A stretch of DNA of 64,000 bases, taken from NCBI RefSeq assembly GCF_009914755.1, contig NC_060926.1, one strand, 5' to 3'. Below are positions 63,079 to 64,000 of this stretch, piece by piece. The position numbers were made by a program, and so were the translations under genes. The notes beneath the pieces were generated by a model, which was given only the letters and a program-made list of their open reading frames with translations, was not told the origin of the DNA and did no database searches. How positions within the stretch are numbered: position 1 is the first letter of the stretch; each line of letters opens with the position of its first letter. This DNA comes from the human T2T-CHM13v2.0 reference genome, Homo sapiens.

Positions 63079-64000
63079 AAGACTCCACAAATTAGTTTAA
63101 AGGACATTCATTTCAGGATAAACTCATCTCATGAAAATATAAGGATCCTGAAGGCTTAGACCCTTTGGATTCAACAGGTAGTTTCCAAATTGGACATGAA
63201 GCATTTTTTTTTCTTACAGAATTTCGACCCCTTAGAGGAAGGAGGAAGGGATACACCCCGAGGCATCTCTTAACTTTCACTAATTATATATAGAGCCACA
63301 GAATATCAGAAACTCTTGGAATTATTCTAATCCAAGTCTTTCAATTGCAGATTCGGTGTGAAACATAAACAAATCCCATGTCCAGCTGTTAGCATCTCTT
63401 GAGGTAAACATCCACAAATTTGTTAAGCACCCTCTTAGAATTCTACAGCATTTCCTTTGTATCACTAAACTAATATTTTTAAAGCTGCAGCTAAGTGCAA
63501 TGAGTTAGCCCTTTAAGCTTTAAGGCATTGACCAGGGCTTTAGCTTTCAGAGATTTGGTGAGCAAGTCTGTATTCACTCTTCCAGACCTTTTGTGACTTT
63601 ATAGACTTCAATCACACCCCCGCCAGCCTTCATCTTTCATATTAGTCCATCCAAACTAAAGACATCTGAGGATTTGAAACATTTGGAAGCATTCCCTTTC
63701 ATTTCCAGCCAAGACAAAAATAAAGGGTTCCATTGTGCTCTCAAGGAAAGAAGTCTATGTTTTTGGTACTTGGGGCTGTCTCCAAAAATGGGATCTTACA
63801 AAGTATAATCCTGTAGAAGGCATACCAATGGGAGCCACTTAGACCTAGAAGAGACCCAAATATAAATATCTACATCCATTTTCACCTTGAAAACACTACT
63901 CTTGCTAGCAGCAACCTTTCAGAAGTGGGGATGCTGCCTCATTTCCTTCTTTGGTATGTGTTGAGAGAAACATGTTACCAGAGGAGGAAAGGTACAATGT

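Overview
This is primate, most likely human, genomic DNA, judged from its AluJ/S/Y, FLAM, L1PA and THE1 elements. It is CpG-depleted, with no CpG island and no intact protein-coding exon that I can recognise. It reads as deep intron or intergenic sequence, largely old interspersed repeats: MIR, L2, L3/CR1, L1ME, hAT/Tigger fossils and many MaLR/ERVL solo LTRs, several nested. All supplied ORFs are chance ORFs or repeat-derived. The only gene-derived sequence I recognise is absent from the ORF track: a ~200-bp 5'-truncated processed pseudogene of SDAD1 (13381-13578, minus strand) with target-site duplications and a fossil proximal poly(A) site. Other points of note are a twin-primed inverted L1, ancient SINE/L2-tail remnants, a template-switch footprint and several repeat-free blocks with enhancer-like motif clusters. 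I see no evidence for a novel multi-gene system. Repeat subfamily names and the SDAD1 match are recalled from memory, not searched, and the boundaries of old repeats are approximate.
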